NCBI RefSeq assembly: GCF_964355755.1
Contig: NC_092675.1
Span: 23,408,912-23,472,911 of the forward strand
DNA from: Antedon mediterranea
Taxonomy: Eukaryota; Animalia; Echinodermata
DNA length: 64,000 nt
Direction of reading: 5' to 3'
In this document: positions 1 to 14,523 of the stretch, piece by piece
Layout of the letters: each line of letters starts with the position of its first letter
Position numbering within the stretch: the stretch's first letter is position 1
The notes under the pieces: generated by a model
The model's input: only the letters and a program-made list of their open reading frames with translations
What the model was told of the DNA's origin: nothing
Database searches by the model: none
Made by a program: the position numbers and the translations under genes

Positions 1-1905
1 ATAATAGGAAACTATTGAATTGGGTACTACTAGCACATGCATTGTGAATTGTGTGGTTTATTGAGGAATGTTATGTTTTCATGCTTCAATCTATAATTAA
101 TGTGTATAATAATATTAATAATGACATTATAATATAATAATAATATGATATATTATTTATATAGTTGTTTCTAAATTCTTATGTAGAAAATAGAAATATT
201 TTTTTTGAATAGGTAGCGATCCGGATCAGTTGTATAATACTACAATAGAAAATAGTTTTATACACCTATATATTTCTATTACAGGTAGCAATTTCACAGG
301 TCTAGGATAATGGAAATTTTGATCTGCCTCATTTGAAGCCAAATTTCTAATTTTTATTGCAGATTTATCATAGCAGGATTCAAATCATCATCTCTACACG
401 TTAATAGTACACATTTAATCAAGTATTTAATAGGTGCAGAACATATAGGTAATTTAGGTGACCTTCAAGTTAGCAATATCTAGTAGTGAGATGAAAGTAC
501 AGTACTGCATATCATCTAGTGGTAGACCAAATCAGCACCATGGTTAATCATAGCCAACACCACAGCTACTTATGAACCAGTGTAGCGTCGCTACAAATTT
601 ACCACTGCTACTGATAGACCTACCATATAACTGTGTGCTACATATGACTTCAACTGATGGACCAGTTTTTGAAGACCAAACTGCTACCAACCTGTCTACT
701 GGCTACCAACTGCTCAATAGCTACATGATTGTCAACTCCATTACACAAAGTAAGTACTTGTTTTTTATTTTTTTATCTTTTCTAGTCTTCAATAAAGTCT
801 CTACATCTAGTATAGCAACATTTTGCTTGCTGTAGCACCAAATTCTGTTGGAACTCATGTTAATACCGAAATACTATTGTGATGGAGTGCTAGTAAAAGT
901 GTTGTTTGTAGCAGCTACTGCCCCCTCCCTCTCATGTATGAAGAGAAATCATATTGTATTACCTTCATTTTACCATATTAATAATATTATTATTATTATA
1001 TAATGGTACTAAACACTACAGTATTTTAATATTAAAATCTCCATGGTTCATTTGCTATGATGTTGTCTAAATGAAAAAGATTTCCTCTGTTTTTATACCT
1101 TCATTGTTGTATTAATTTGTATACTATATATCTGGCATCAATATCTGGCATCATGCAGACTACGTTCGATTTTGGCATTTCTTTCTGGCAAAATTTCAAG
1201 AGAATACCGTGATTTTAATCACATGTTATAGTTGGAAACCACCCATTTATTAAGTCATAGGGAATAATTAGAATAATAACTTTAAAAAAACATAAAATAA
1301 ATGTAATGAATTATTGCTTCTGTCATAAATGTCTTTTTTTCTGCTCATGCATTGTCATAAGACAGGGTTTGTTGGTAAATTTGGGTGAAAGGTCACATAG
1401 CTTTTATACCCTTTCCAATAAGCAATTATATCATGGCCTTTTTTGGTTTTCTAATGTTTCTACTCAGGAATTTTGTTTTATTTTTTATATTATTGTACAT
1501 TAATAATCATCATGATCAACAAAGTTAAAATGATTAGGATTATAACCATTATCAGTAAATATTCAGCAACAATATATTCGGAATGATTAGCAGCAGCATA
1601 TAGTAGTCACAATCATTTATCAATCAATCAACATCATTTCATGAGCAAAATATAGTCAACAAGACCAAGTACATGCAACATGATCAGCAAGAACATGACC
1701 AGAGATATAATCATATATCATCAACATAGTCTGAGTCAACACTGTCAACATTCATCATAGTCATCATGACAGCAATACACGCAACATAATCAACAACAAA
1801 TGTAACATAATCATAATAATAAAAGCATAAGCAACATTATCAGTAATATATATATAAAAAATTTAATAACCAAATGTAGTGATCCTTTAATAATAATATC
1901 AACCC

Positions 1906-2178
1906 GGGCCCATTTACACTTACAATTGTGTCCTGGGCCTCTCCAGGATCGGGTCTAGATTTAATTATTTGGTTTCTGATCAAGTATGTTTACACGACAC
2001 GACCTTTCAAACGACAGCCCTGAGGATTCATTTTCTCAAGTCATTGGTCACGGTTCACTGCATAACCCTGCTCGAAAAGTAAAAGCCCCTCCTAGACCTA
2101 CATTGAGAGGTGGTTCATGTCTCATCTGACCCATGGCTGGGTCTGAGCCTACTCAAATTTTATGTGTAAATGGGGTCA
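1906..2178. mobile_element. MITE with TIR CCCATTTACAC
   Basis: GGCCCATTTACAC ... GTGTAAATGGGGTC; a GC-richer island in AT-rich DNA. Confidence 0.55.
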
Positions 2179-2364
2179 TAGTCAACATAGCTAGCAAAGT
2201 CAGAACGATCATTGTTGTCAACAATATAGTCCAGCAACATGGTCAATCATTATCAAGATTGACAACATGATCTTCATAATGAATACATTGTCAACAAGAC
2301 TACCAACATAGTCACCAGTAACACATGGTACGTGACCACAGTCATCAACACAGTTTACCTAAGT

Positions 2365-3358
2365 AACAAAATAGGCACCATGATCAGCAATGCATGCAAC
2401 ATGTCCAACAACTCATGGCAACATGATCACCAATGACATGATAGTAGTCATTATCAACAGCATTCTGTATTCGTCATTATCAAAAATACATTTGTCATGT
2501 TATCCGTCTATCAACGATATAAGAAAATAGGCACCATGATCAGCAATGCATGCAACATGTCTAACAACTCATGGCAACATGATCACCAATGACATGATAG
2601 TAGTCATCATTATCAACAGCATTCTGTATTCGTCATTATCAAAAATACATTTGTCATGTTATCCGTCTATCAACGATATAACAAAATAGGCACCATGATC
2701 AGCAATGCATGCAACATGTCCAACAACTCATGGCAACATGATCACCAATGACATGATAGTAGTCATCATTATCAACAGCATTCTGTATTCGTCATTATCA
2801 AAAATACATTTGTCATGTTATCCGTCTATCAACGATATAACAAAATAGGCACCATGATCAGCAATGCATGCAACATGTCCAACAACTCATGGCACCATGA
2901 TCAGCAATGACATGATAGTAGTCATCATTATCAACAGCATTCTGTATTCGTCATTATCAAAAATACATTTGTCATGTTATCCGTCTATCAACGATATAAC
3001 AAAATAGGCACCATGATCAGCAATGCATGCAACATGTCCAACAACTCATGGCAACATGATCACCAATGACATGATAGTAGTCATCATTATCAACAGCATT
3101 CTGTATTCGTCATTATCAAAAATACATTTGTCATGTTATCCGTCTATCAACGATATAACAAAATAGGCACCATGATCAGCAATGCATGCAACATGTCCAA
3201 CAACTCATGGCACCATGATCAGCAATGCATGCAACATGTCTAACAACTCATGGCAACATGATCACCAATGACATAATAGTAGTCATTATTATCAACAACA
3301 GTTTGTATTCGTCATTATAAAAAATACATTTGTCATGTTATTTATCTATCAACGATAT
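2365..3358. repeat. tandem repeat, 159-bp unit, about 6 copies
   Basis: AAAATAGGCACCATGATC recurs at 2368, 2524, 2683, 2842, 3001, 3160; the last unit has an internal duplication. Confidence 0.95.
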
Positions 3359-4251
3359 ATTGGAATGATAAAAATAAACATATTCATAATGATAAGCTGC
3401 AACATACTCAACATGATCAATGACATTATTTATTAGAATCAATACGGTTAATAATAAGTAGCAAAGTTAACATGAACCATAGAATATTCACCATGACCTA
3501 ATACAATACCTACAGATTAATTGGTTTGAGGCAATTAATAGCATTCTATGCCTAAACCTAAAAACTAGGGACTTTTTGATTTGATTGAATGAAGTTCTCA
3601 TCCACATGGGTAGTAGTTGACTGGTACTCATCCACGAATAAATTAACATTTTGATTATTAGTGGACATTGACGTGCCAGTGAACATATGACGTAATGACC
3701 ATGTACTGTAATATCTAGTAGTACTCTTGTGCTGGGCCAGTGGAAGTACACAGGTTTATCTATGTTATCTATAAGCCTAGATACTTAATTTTCAGTGTTA
3801 TGACGACATACTGTACGTTCACTCGTACTCAGAGAGAGAGATCGGAAAAAGGCCAAGTTCTCAAATTTTGCACTTAACGTGCCTGTCGACTTGCGCATGC
3901 ACATGTCATAAAAACAATCAATTGGGCATCAGTCGACATAGTGGACGCGCAAATCGAAAACTCCCTATATTATCAACAACATACTGATAGTCTACATTAA
4001 CAGCATAGCCAGCATGATCAACAAAATAGTCATCAACTCAATAGACAGCATGATCAACAATCAGGATGATCAACAACAACACAGTCACCAGCAAAGTCTC
4101 TTCTCATCATGCTATTTACCGTTGAATTAAGAAAATTAAAGTTATTGGCTAATCGTTTGACATATACTGTTTCTGCAAATACAATTTGATGCGATTGAAT
4201 CCATCTGTGCGAAGCTGCTAACTGGTTTATGTTGATATGAAATGGAGTGCT

Positions 4252-4312
4252 ACGGCTGGTTGAAGGGGACCAAATCCATGTAAAGATACGATGTGATTCC
4301 CATTTACCAGCT
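4252..4312 (-). ncRNA. mir-133: pre-miR-133 hairpin (mature 3p 4274->4252 UUUGGUCCCCUUCAACCAGCCGU)
   Basis: Matches conserved miR-133. The 5p arm AGCUGGUAAAUGGGAAUCACAU (4312->4291) resembles miR-133-5p and pairs with the 3p arm. Lower-stem pairing and a CNNC (CAAC) about 17 nt downstream are present. Confidence 0.96.
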
Positions 4313-4551
4313 AAAGCCCAACATTTATTATCGTTCTTGCATCTTCCATAGTTCAGATTTTTCCTTTTGTCCTGTGTCCTTTCTTTGTGTACCATACATT
4401 TTTACTGTCTTCGTACTTACTGTTTCTAATATATATTTGTATTGTCTTGTTTCTTGTGTCTCGTATGCTGTTGTTTGTTTCTTGTGTCATGCGTTGTTAT
4501 TGTTTTATTGCTTTTTTATTCTTCACATATATTGTACTGTCTTGTTTTGCA

Positions 4552-4649
4552 TGTGTCCATCTTTGTTACTTGTGTCCATCTTTGTTACTTGTGTCCATCT
4601 TTGTTACTTGTGTCCATACATTTCTATCTTCGTTACTTGTGTCCATACA
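4552..4649. repeat. 19-bp minisatellite TGTGTCCATCTTTGTTACT
   Basis: Three exact copies plus a degenerate one; explains the overlapping spurious ORFs. Confidence 0.9.
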
Positions 4650-5179
4650 TAGTTATTATTTTGTTTCTCCATAAATTCTTTTTCCATCATTATTGTTGTT
4701 GTCTTTTGCCTGTACTTCATATAAACCAAAAATATAAAAAATATTATTAATATTATAACTATATCAAATAAATCGGTGCTTGCAATTAGTCCTCAAGCTC
4801 CATTTACAAAGTATATTTGTTGATCATGAATTTCTTGTTTCCGTCACATTAAATTGAATTTGAATATAATATTCATTAAATATTAACAGTATTCTCATAA
4901 AACTATTAATTAATATTAGAAAAAAAACTGTGTTTGTTAAGCTTCATGGAAATCTCTTTATTAATTTAGGTAATTATTTTATTAGATGAAATGTTAAAAA
5001 TTAAACTCCCACATATCATATAAAAAATGTTGTAATATCCATTGTAAAAACAATGACCTTTCTTTTGAGCTAAGAAAGATTATTTTCAAGACAAACATTG
5101 ATTTGACAATTTGTTTCAGTTGAGGTTTAAGTGAAATTTGATTCAGCATTGGCAATTCATGCAAGACATTCATATCATT

Positions 5180-5560
5180 ATGGCTAGTCGAGTGGGTGAG
5201 CGGTCAAGACAAACGCACTGCAAGCCATAACTATCATTTCTACATACTGTATGTTCAAGGCATTCCTCGATAGTTGGTGACCGAACAAGTCTTCTTTCAG
5301 GACTGAAAACTAGCAATTTAATTAATAATGATTGCTTATTCAGATCTCCCAATAGAGATGTTGTTTGCCATAGGCTTTCTGTTCTGTATCCATCTCATGC
5401 ACTTAAAAACTGGCCCCGTTGTACTTTAAAAACCCTGGGTGCAGTTTTTAGAAGAGTAGGGAATTACCCTGGTATACTGATCCACTATCTTTTGCTGTTA
5501 CTGGTTGGCTACACTTTGGGCGGTGTGGGTCTGTTAAGGGCCTAATCCGAATTTGCTAAA
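5180..5560 (+). mobile_element. degenerate tRNA-derived SINE
   Basis: A-box-like head, then CATGCACTTAAAA...GAAGAGTAGGG..CCCTGGTATACTG central domain; related to about 17730-18010. Confidence 0.5.
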
Positions 5561-6352
5561 TTGAGAATGAACTGTAAAACAAACAAGACTTAGACTATGA
5601 CCCTTTAAGATGCTAATTCTATTATACTGTATAATGTACTTACAGTTTTGATGCAGTAACAAATGATGTAAAAGTAATGCACTCAATTAATCTTACTCAC
5701 TGTAACAAAAGGAAACACTTATAATTACAACAATCATATTGTAATTGTTTATAGGCCAATTTAATCCACCAATCAAACAGGCCCATCATGCTCTGAAAGT
5801 TTATGATTTTAAAAAGATCAAAATCTACCTAGTCATTATATTTTAATAGTTCTTATCATTTAGGCAATTTGTATAGCGTGATATGCTATTTATGGGTGCG
5901 TCACATTGATGTACTATAGCAAAAGCTAAGTTTGTTTTAAAATCAGTGCGTTTTTAAGCAACTTCTATGTGTGTGATGTATATTATACTATTAGAAGTTA
6001 GTTAATTGCTTAACTATCTATTTTGATTTTTCTGTTTTTTTAAAAATGTATTGCAATATTAATAAAGACGAAGTGGAGGGATATAGACTGTAGTAGTATA
6101 GACTGTAGAATAATGATGACAGATACGCTAGCCAAGCAAGCTACACATTCAGTTCAATCTAGTATATCGTTCATATACAACATAAATTTATATTCATACT
6201 ATAAAAAAACATAGTTGGGAATATACAATGTATGTTACCAATCAAATGATGTGAATTTAATGTTTTTCAGAACTTGTCATGTCAAGTACTGTTTTTTAGA
6301 TGTTTTAACATTATAATGCTCAGTAATGTGTGTTTAAAAAAGGGAAGATAAT

Positions 6353-6370
6353 GCGCCCTCTGTTGGTCCA
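6353..6370 (-). promoter_or_regulatory. CTCF-like motif
   Basis: Minus strand TGGACCAACAGAGGGCGC fits the CTCF core consensus. Confidence 0.35.
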
Positions 6371-8709
6371 CAGATAGATAGATAATTAAAAGGGTTATTT
6401 TATAATGAATCCAAAGAATAGGAATAAATAAATGACTGAAATGATATAAATATGTTCAGCAACATGATGAGACTAATATGGGTATTCAGAGGAGTGGTAT
6501 GTTCATGAATTCATAGTTGACTAAACAACATAAAGGCGGATGATTTATACAGTAATTTCATGCTAATAATTCGTAATGATCCAACACTGATCTGTTTGAA
6601 GTTCAGTGTGGTCAGATTAAAATATTCCACATGTGTAAATTAGTTGATTTACTACATGTCTTTGAACAAGTGTGAAACAAATTTATTTACTAGCTGTGAG
6701 TGCACATCAGATCTAATTAAATATGTCTTATAAATCTCATGCATATTCATTAGAACAGCTGTCAAGTTGGCATACAGACATAGTCAATATTTATGAGCTT
6801 ATGATACTATATTATTAGAATATATATACCACATACTATAACCTTATTTGTATTGTGTGGGTGATGATAATGAGATGATATTCTATAATAACTAACAATA
6901 TTTTTTATTCTTAATTATTGAGTATAATTATCTTTTTAAAGGGCAAGTCCGTATTTTAACATTTCTATTTGCAACCACAAATAATGGTACATTTTTTGTT
7001 AACCGGCGAAGCAGAACTAACTTTGTTAAAAAAAATTTCCTGGCTTATGAAAGAATTTTACACACAAAAATTTGAGAATCTATTTAGTGACTAGATTTTG
7101 GTATCCAATAATTAATTAGTTATTACATAATATGTGCTATCAATTGTATATTTAAATACAATAGACCAATTGCAAACATGCAATTTATTCAAGACAATTT
7201 GTAATTTTAATTATTCAAATTATCTTTTGCAATATGTTAGTAAAGAGCTAAGACAGAGAGTTATGTGTAGATTATTTGACAATATTTGTATATGACAAGC
7301 TTGTTGGTGACAAAATATCGTAATTGTCTCATATAATAGCCAATGAAGTTCTAAGCCATCAATTCTTTATGTTTGACCAAGACAAGGAATAAGTAGACTG
7401 AAAGGAGAACGGTGCGCGTGCATGTCAGTTGGTTAGTAATTGGATAAGGTGTTGGTGAGGGACCTCAAACTGTGTACTTGATGGTATACCCTAGCATTAT
7501 GACAAAGACAAAGTGACCTTGGACAAGTTCACCAAGAATCTAAATAACTAATCTAATGATTTTGATTAAATCTTGTGCCGGTAATTTAACTCAGTTCATT
7601 TATTTAATCAACTAGTTTAATGAAAACGTAGTGCGCTGATTACTATTACTATTCGGCGCTCATCGCTTCCATTTAAGGCATCATAATGTCATTTCTTTCT
7701 ACACATTCTTTCAATTTGCTTATAAATATTTCAATTAATATTTTTAAAAAAAGATCAATGATTAACTTTATAGCTTTGCTTTTCAAGTTTTCTGTAGGAA
7801 AGACTTTTTTTCTTTTATAACACACTTTATCTCAAATAGTGTTAAATTTAATTTAACTCTTAAAAACAAAATAATGTAATTCCTGTAAAACTGTAGGGTT
7901 TAATTTAATAATATTTAATCACTTTGACCAAAAACTAGATTTTTTTTAAACAATTTTATTAAACTTGAGTAAAAAATAAAATTAAATAATTTCAATCTAA
8001 ATTTGGAGATGAGCAAACAGAATAACATGTCTTATTCCCCACTCCAATTTTGCAGTGTTCTATACTTTTTTCATGTAGCATTTTGATGCATGTGATCTTT
8101 CAGGTAAATACTGTATTGTTAAGCTGATGAAAAATTACAAAATTTAAAATCCATGTATATATATTGCTTACATTTTTTAAGTTTAATTAACTAATATTAA
8201 TTATTAAATAGATTTTATTTGAATTGTAAATTCTCCAATAATAAATAGCTGATTCCAATATGATTATTAGATTTATTGAAGGTTTGTTATTAAAAAGAAG
8301 AGAAATAAGTCATAAAAAAAGTTTAAAAAATTAAATTGCTACGTTTTTATATCAATTATTTATGTATTTGTTTTTTAAAAAACATTCAACAAATTTAAAA
8401 TTAATTATTGTTTCATAAGAAAATTAAAATATGAATATTATAGTATATTTTGAAATTATTTTGATATACACTAAATTAGTTTGTATGTACCGTGTACTAA
8501 ACAAATGCTATACAACAGTGTGACGATGATGCAGTGCTATCATAATTCTCTTGATTGCCCATAAATAGGCCTAACTAGCATGTGATGTTTCATCAGCACA
8601 GGTGTATGGTAGCTTCTATACACGAGTCAATAGCCGGCAGCATATGATTGCTTTAGGCATGAGACATTATACTATTGAAAGGGCCTAATGAAAAGCATAA
8701 TAATATACA

Positions 8710-9295
8710 TATCCTTGACTCTTTCGCTTCTCTCATCCACTTTTGTCATGTCCCCTTTATACATACTTTTCTTCTCCTATCTTCTTCTTTCTTTCTGTTC
8801 TCCACCACTTTCTTATCCACTACCACCTCTCTTTCCTGTCTCCACTCATTCCCTTCTCCCCATGTACTTCTTTATTCTTGTACATGCCTTTCTTTTATTA
8901 CTTTGCTACCTTTCCTGTCTTAATCACCTCTCACTACAACCTTTTCATCACCCACTTTCTTTCCCATCTTCACTCTTTTTCCCTTCTCCCCTGTACCTCT
9001 CCTTCTGTACATACCTATCTCTTATTTAGCTTCTTTCTTTTACTGTCCTTACCACCTCTCACTACCACCTTATCAACCTCTCTTTCCCATCTCTACTCCT
9101 TCCCCTCCTCCATGTACTTCTCTCCATGTACTTTTCCTTTCACATTTTCTCCTCTCCACATGTCCTCCACCTCTACATTTGTATCCACCACCATGCTCCT
9201 TTCCTTCCCCACTCCTCAACTGCCATTCTTGTGTACAACTCTTCTCTCATCACATCTATACTCACATCACCAATCCATCTTCTTGTCTTCACAAC
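8710..9295. repeat. pyrimidine-rich low-complexity tract
   Basis: About 600 bp very poor in G on the + strand; gives rise to S/L/F/P-rich pseudo-ORFs. Confidence 0.85.
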
Positions 9296-12128
9296 ACATT
9301 GATAGTTACACAGTAAATCATGCATGGAAATTAATACTGAAAATAATACTCTATGTTGAAATATTTCATTGCGAGGCCATCAGATAAAACTTTTCAAAAG
9401 TTTATTATTTCTCTACTATTTTAGTAAACTTCAAACAAAATGATATGACCTTTGACTTATAAATTATTAAATGGAACACATGATGAACATTAAGATACTA
9501 ATAGACTTAATTAATTATACAATGGTTATGAGCAGATAATATCTGGTACGTGTGGTATAATTAAATGTCAAGAAATGAATTAATTAAATAGTTTATTAGA
9601 TATTTAATATCAAATTTCCTATTCATGTAATAAACAAAATAATGTAATCTTTAATAGGTTCTGCAGAGTGTATAAAAGTAGGCCAACTTGAATACGCTCT
9701 TATACTCTTTCAGTATGTTCTGATGACTTAACGAACCAATATACAATTAAATCTCAGATTAAAATTTGCAAACCCTTGACTTTACTGATGAATAAATAAT
9801 GTTACTTACCTGTACTGTCAGTCATTCAGTCTTTGTTCCATCGTTATGCATTCATTCCAACTTCAGAAGTTTCAATTGTTCATAAAATACAAAACAATAT
9901 ATACAATATATATTACACAACATCGTAAATAGTTGATCTGATTCTATGTATGCGACTCAACCTTCACATGCTGTATGTATACCTATCATAGTGACTAAGT
10001 GATTACACTGCTGGGGTTTATTTGCCCTTTTATTTCAATTAAGTTGTGTGTACCGGTGATCAAAAACTTTGTCAATTTATCATCTTACTCTTCTTCATTC
10101 TCAATTATTAAGCTATCTGATTGGTCGATTGCTTAGTGTTGTGAATATAATTGTTTGAGCATGCTCTCACGATTGGTCAGTAATCTTAATAATTATTGAA
10201 GCTTTTGTCCAACTGTTGCTTTTCTTTACAACTCAGATCCCCTAAGTTACTGTAAAACATACCATAACTCAGTTGTAAAAATTATTTTTATAGTTTAAGT
10301 GTTATATTTATTACGAACCCTCCCCTCTAGTTGTAGTTGTAGTGGTGGGGATGTGCTCATGTAGACGGTTGGCCTCAATTTCAATATAATAATTTAGCAT
10401 AAAGTGGATTGTAATTAAAGTGGGCTAATTATGAATATAAATTATTATTATGCAATTATTATGATACAATATTATTTTGGCTTTTTGAAAATTGGAGTGG
10501 CATGCCTAGCGGTGACATAAGCTTATGCATTTTTTTGCACTCCTTGTTATTATTATTGTTATTCTTTGTCAAATTAAAAAAAAAAATGTTTATTTTATGA
10601 TTATAATTATATAATAATAATTATTATTAAAAATCAATTAATTATTAAAATATTTATTGATTCTTGTTGTAAAATATTCCACAAAAAGTACCGTAGCATA
10701 ATTATGTTAAAGTACGATTATGTAGCTTCTCCAAATTTATACTTTATTTTATAGTAAAATTACAGATATTATATTATACCAAAGCTGCTTAATATCTTCA
10801 TTGAAAAATATCCAAACTACAAAATATCATTTATGTAATGATATTAAATTTTGAGTAAGTTAAGGATTCAATGTTAGTTATGGGAATGATGCATGGAATG
10901 TATGGAATGGCTGCACTATGAGACTACATGTGGAATACTACAAGCAATTGTAGGATGTCTGTGTGTGTATGCTTTCTCACAGCTTGTGGTAGCACTCTGT
11001 GGGTGTTGATCAAGTCAATGCCTTAACACAGCTGTTTATCTTTTTACATTTCATTGTGTCGTTGTATATAATTAACCTGTATCATAACGAACGAAGACAA
11101 TTTCATATTCAATTTTCTTCTAAAATTTAGTTGAATTTGATATTTATTGTTGGAGTAGTAATTTTACTACCACACATTTTTTTACCACAACTTTTCTATC
11201 AATAAAATAACAATAATTTAATTATAAAAAGTTTAGTGATTGACATTGTTATTATTGAGATATAGTTATTTTTATCTTTATAAAGTTGCAGAATATGTTT
11301 GTAAACGTAAAAATGTGATATGTAAAATCATTCATGAACTGTAACATGACACAGAGACATGTGCAGATGTGGATGGTTGGGCTAGTGTTCAGGCCTCAAA
11401 ATAAAAAGTTTATGGAACGCTGTTTTAGACAACCCTTTTCTATGTATCATATATTTCATTTTTTAACATAGTATAATACATAATTGTTATATTGACTATA
11501 CACTATCAAATTTTGTCATTAAAAAAAAATGTATTTTTGGTGATTGATAATAATTTCATTAGCCCTCGGTTGTCATGTTGTGGCATCATTACATCGATTT
11601 CGTTTGTTTAAATTTACCCAACAGAACTACGGCTTGTTGATGTCTGCAAGGCACCATAAAGAATGTAATAAACCAATAGATAATCAAGATGTTAAATCAC
11701 AATAAAGTGTCTTATAGGTCAAACAAAATGTTAAAGTTGGGTAATTTTAGAAGTCTGTTTCTACATGTATACGTATTCAGCTGCCTACCTGTAAATATCA
11801 TTTAATAACACTTGCCAACGCACAACAGATGTAAATATACATATCATAGCTCTGTTCATTTTCTTAATCTTAAATAACCAATCTTAAGTCTTCATTACTT
11901 TAGTTTACACTCCAATCCTATATTGTACTGTTTGTCTAATATTCTTATCTCATCTTTTTTTAAATATCGGTTACATCCTGTTATTGAAAAATAATAATCA
12001 TAGCAATATTATTATTTTTATGCAACATGGATAGTTATTTATTGTCTGGTAAAGCAAACATAAAAAAGTTGCTGTTTTCTAAACTAAAATGTTTCCCTAA
12101 ACATGGGTTTGCCATGTTGCTAAAACCT

Positions 12129-12426
12129 TACCGTAAATCTTCTAATAGTAACCCACACTCTAATAGTAACCCACACTCTAATAGTAACCCCCACCCCCCT
12201 TCTAATAGTAACCCCCCTTCTAATAGTAACCCCCCTTCTAATAGTAACCCACACTCTAATAGTAACCCACTACTCTAATAGTAACCCACACTCTAATAGT
12301 AACCCACACTCTAATAGTAACCCCCCTTCTAATAGTAACCCCCTTCTAATAGTAACCCACCTTATAAGACAATCTATAATAATACCCCCTACTCTAATAG
12401 TAACCCATGGGGGTTACTATTAGAGT
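12129..12426. repeat. ~18-bp minisatellite (CTCTAATAGTAACCCACA)n ending in an inverted copy, probably within a TA-CCGTA-type MITE
   Basis: About 14 units; starts TACCGTAAATCTTCTAATAGTAACC and ends GGGTTACTATTAGAG. Confidence 0.85.
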
Positions 12427-13443
12427 CACTAAGCTTATGATGCAGCCGTATTTTAAATATAAGGAGATAATGCAGTGTTGATCTTGGAAGTGGGGGAGGA
12501 TTGAGTGCTTTTGAGTTTATAAAATATAATTAGAGTTCAACCAAATTTGTTCATTCGTACTGTTTTATTATTTTGTTGCTGACCGGAAAAGTTGGGGGGG
12601 GTTTACTATTTTCAAAATACCTTATTTAGTCTCAGTCACTTGGGGTAGAAACCCCGCGTCTTCAAAGTGTTAAACTGTCATAATATTGATTAAAATAAAA
12701 AGTTTTTAAATGTTTTTAAAACTGTATTATAGTTATTGTTTAATGTAACTTGTCATTAACCAGCAATGGAAAACAAGCGGTCAGCAAGTGTCTTTCGTTT
12801 AGTTTGTGGGATTGTTAGCAACTATAGTTGTCGTTTCCCAACTATTTTCTCTTCGGGAATAATGCATCCATTGTGTTGTTGTTCTTTTTCCACTGATGGC
12901 GTGCCCTGCGTATTATAGGTGCTGTTTCCCAAATAGTGTCTCTTCGGTAATAATTCTGATGTTGCATACTTTTTCTTCTTCCATTGGTGTTTACAAACTT
13001 AACTTTGACATAATAGGGATGGGGATCAGTCTGGTGCTAATATGTAGGTCATTGAATGACCTTTTAAGACACAGATGGTCTTTATGTATGTAAACTGTAA
13101 ATGTCAAGTAGATTGTAAAATAACGACAAATTAACATGCAAATGTGTGAACTAAATATTTACATATATCATTTCTTAATTTGATTTACGTTAGTTCATCT
13201 TGTGCTGTTCTTCATATGTTGTTCTACTATATATTAATCATGTCTAAAGGGATAAAGATTGGTTATGATTTAATTATATAATTCACCATACTTGGACGGA
13301 TGTGGAGAGAAACCATAAAGGGCATGCCTTGAGGAATTTAAACCCTCCCCAGCATTCACCAGCTACACACACATCATACGCATAATGTTTTATAAATGTA
13401 CTGTAGAATGAAAAATTACTATTAATGACTTTTAAATGTATAA

Positions 13444-14097
13444 AAGGGGGGGGGGGGGGGTGCAGCAGCCACTTCAAGACATGAGGCACTTGCGTTACCT
13501 GTTTTATTGAAAAATACTACGGACTTGAACTACCATTTACCAAATAAAAATCCAGTGTTCTCTAAAAAGACGGCAGACCAGAAACAAGGCCACGCCTGAG
13601 AGAGTGCAATATTTGTACTGGTTCCCGGCATAATTTGCGCATGGCCAAAGAGACCATTCAAGGCAAAATCAAGAACGTTTTTTGACAAGTTTAGCGCTCG
13701 TCCGCGGCGGCCGGTGCATGACGAGACGATGATCTCAAGAGTCAAGAGTGGTCACAGTTGAATGATTTTGTCCTAGGCTATGTTTCGTGTTCTTCTGCTG
13801 ATGCAAAAACTCTAGGCCTATTCAAAGGTATTTAGCGATGGGCTTATATAGCCGGGCTTATAGCATCCATTATGCTAAAATACCTGCAAAATTTGGCGAT
13901 AAATAGTGACATTTTGACACGGGTGGGCGGGCCAGGGACTTAAACTACTAATTTCACCCTGTCATTTCCCACACTTGTGCTACCAACTCTCCATAATTTC
14001 CCACACTTGTGCTACCAGGCCCTCGAAAATATACCCGTAAATGCGGCACCTCCCCGTATGGAAATATTTAAGAGTGACCCCCCCCCCCCCCCCCCGG
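13444..14097. mobile_element. probable non-autonomous DNA element with poly-G / poly-C ends
   Basis: Long G tract at left, long C tract at right, CpG-rich interior, subterminal ACCTCCCCGTATGG..GAGTGACCCC. Confidence 0.45.
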
Positions 14098-14138
14098 CAA
14101 AAGGGTGTGCTCCTCCATATTTGACATCAAAATTGACT

Positions 14139-14523
14139 TTTAATAACACTACCCATTCTAAAGGCACATAAAGCCAAAGTCATAATGATTTAGTTGTCCC
14201 CACCTGGAATATTTGTCAAGGCAAAAAAACTTTTACTTATCGTTCATCTAAAAGCTGGAATGAACTTCCAAATGAATTAAAAATAAACTTGCAAAATATG
14301 TCAATAACTTCATCCCAAAATACAATTAACGCAACATTTAAACTAAGTTTTCATTTCTAAAAGTGATTTCTATTTTTAGTGTATATTTTCTCTATTTATT
14401 ATTCTGATTACTCTTTGTCTTTACTTTGTTATGTTGGTTATGATATTTTCAATTACTGTACCACTTTGAAAATCAGTGCACTAGTACTGAAAGTGACTGC
14501 AGAATAAAGAAAGAATAAATAAA
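14139..14523 (+). mobile_element. 3' fragment of CR1/L2-type LINE
   Basis: Frame FNNTTHSKGT*SQSHNDLVVPTWNICQGKKTFTYRSSKSWNELPNELK (W-N-x-L-P ORF2 C-terminal motif), then a 3' UTR ending in an AATAAA-rich tail. Confidence 0.7.

Noticed and set aside
4054-4750. Four overlapping ORFs around miR-133
   Set aside because: T-rich low complexity plus a 19-bp minisatellite, with no domain; the real feature is the miRNA hairpin.
8675-9387. 214-aa and overlapping ORFs
   Set aside because: Artefacts of a pyrimidine-rich tract that lacks stop codons in several frames.
12027-12278. ORF with SNSNPH repeats
   Set aside because: Translation of an 18-bp minisatellite.
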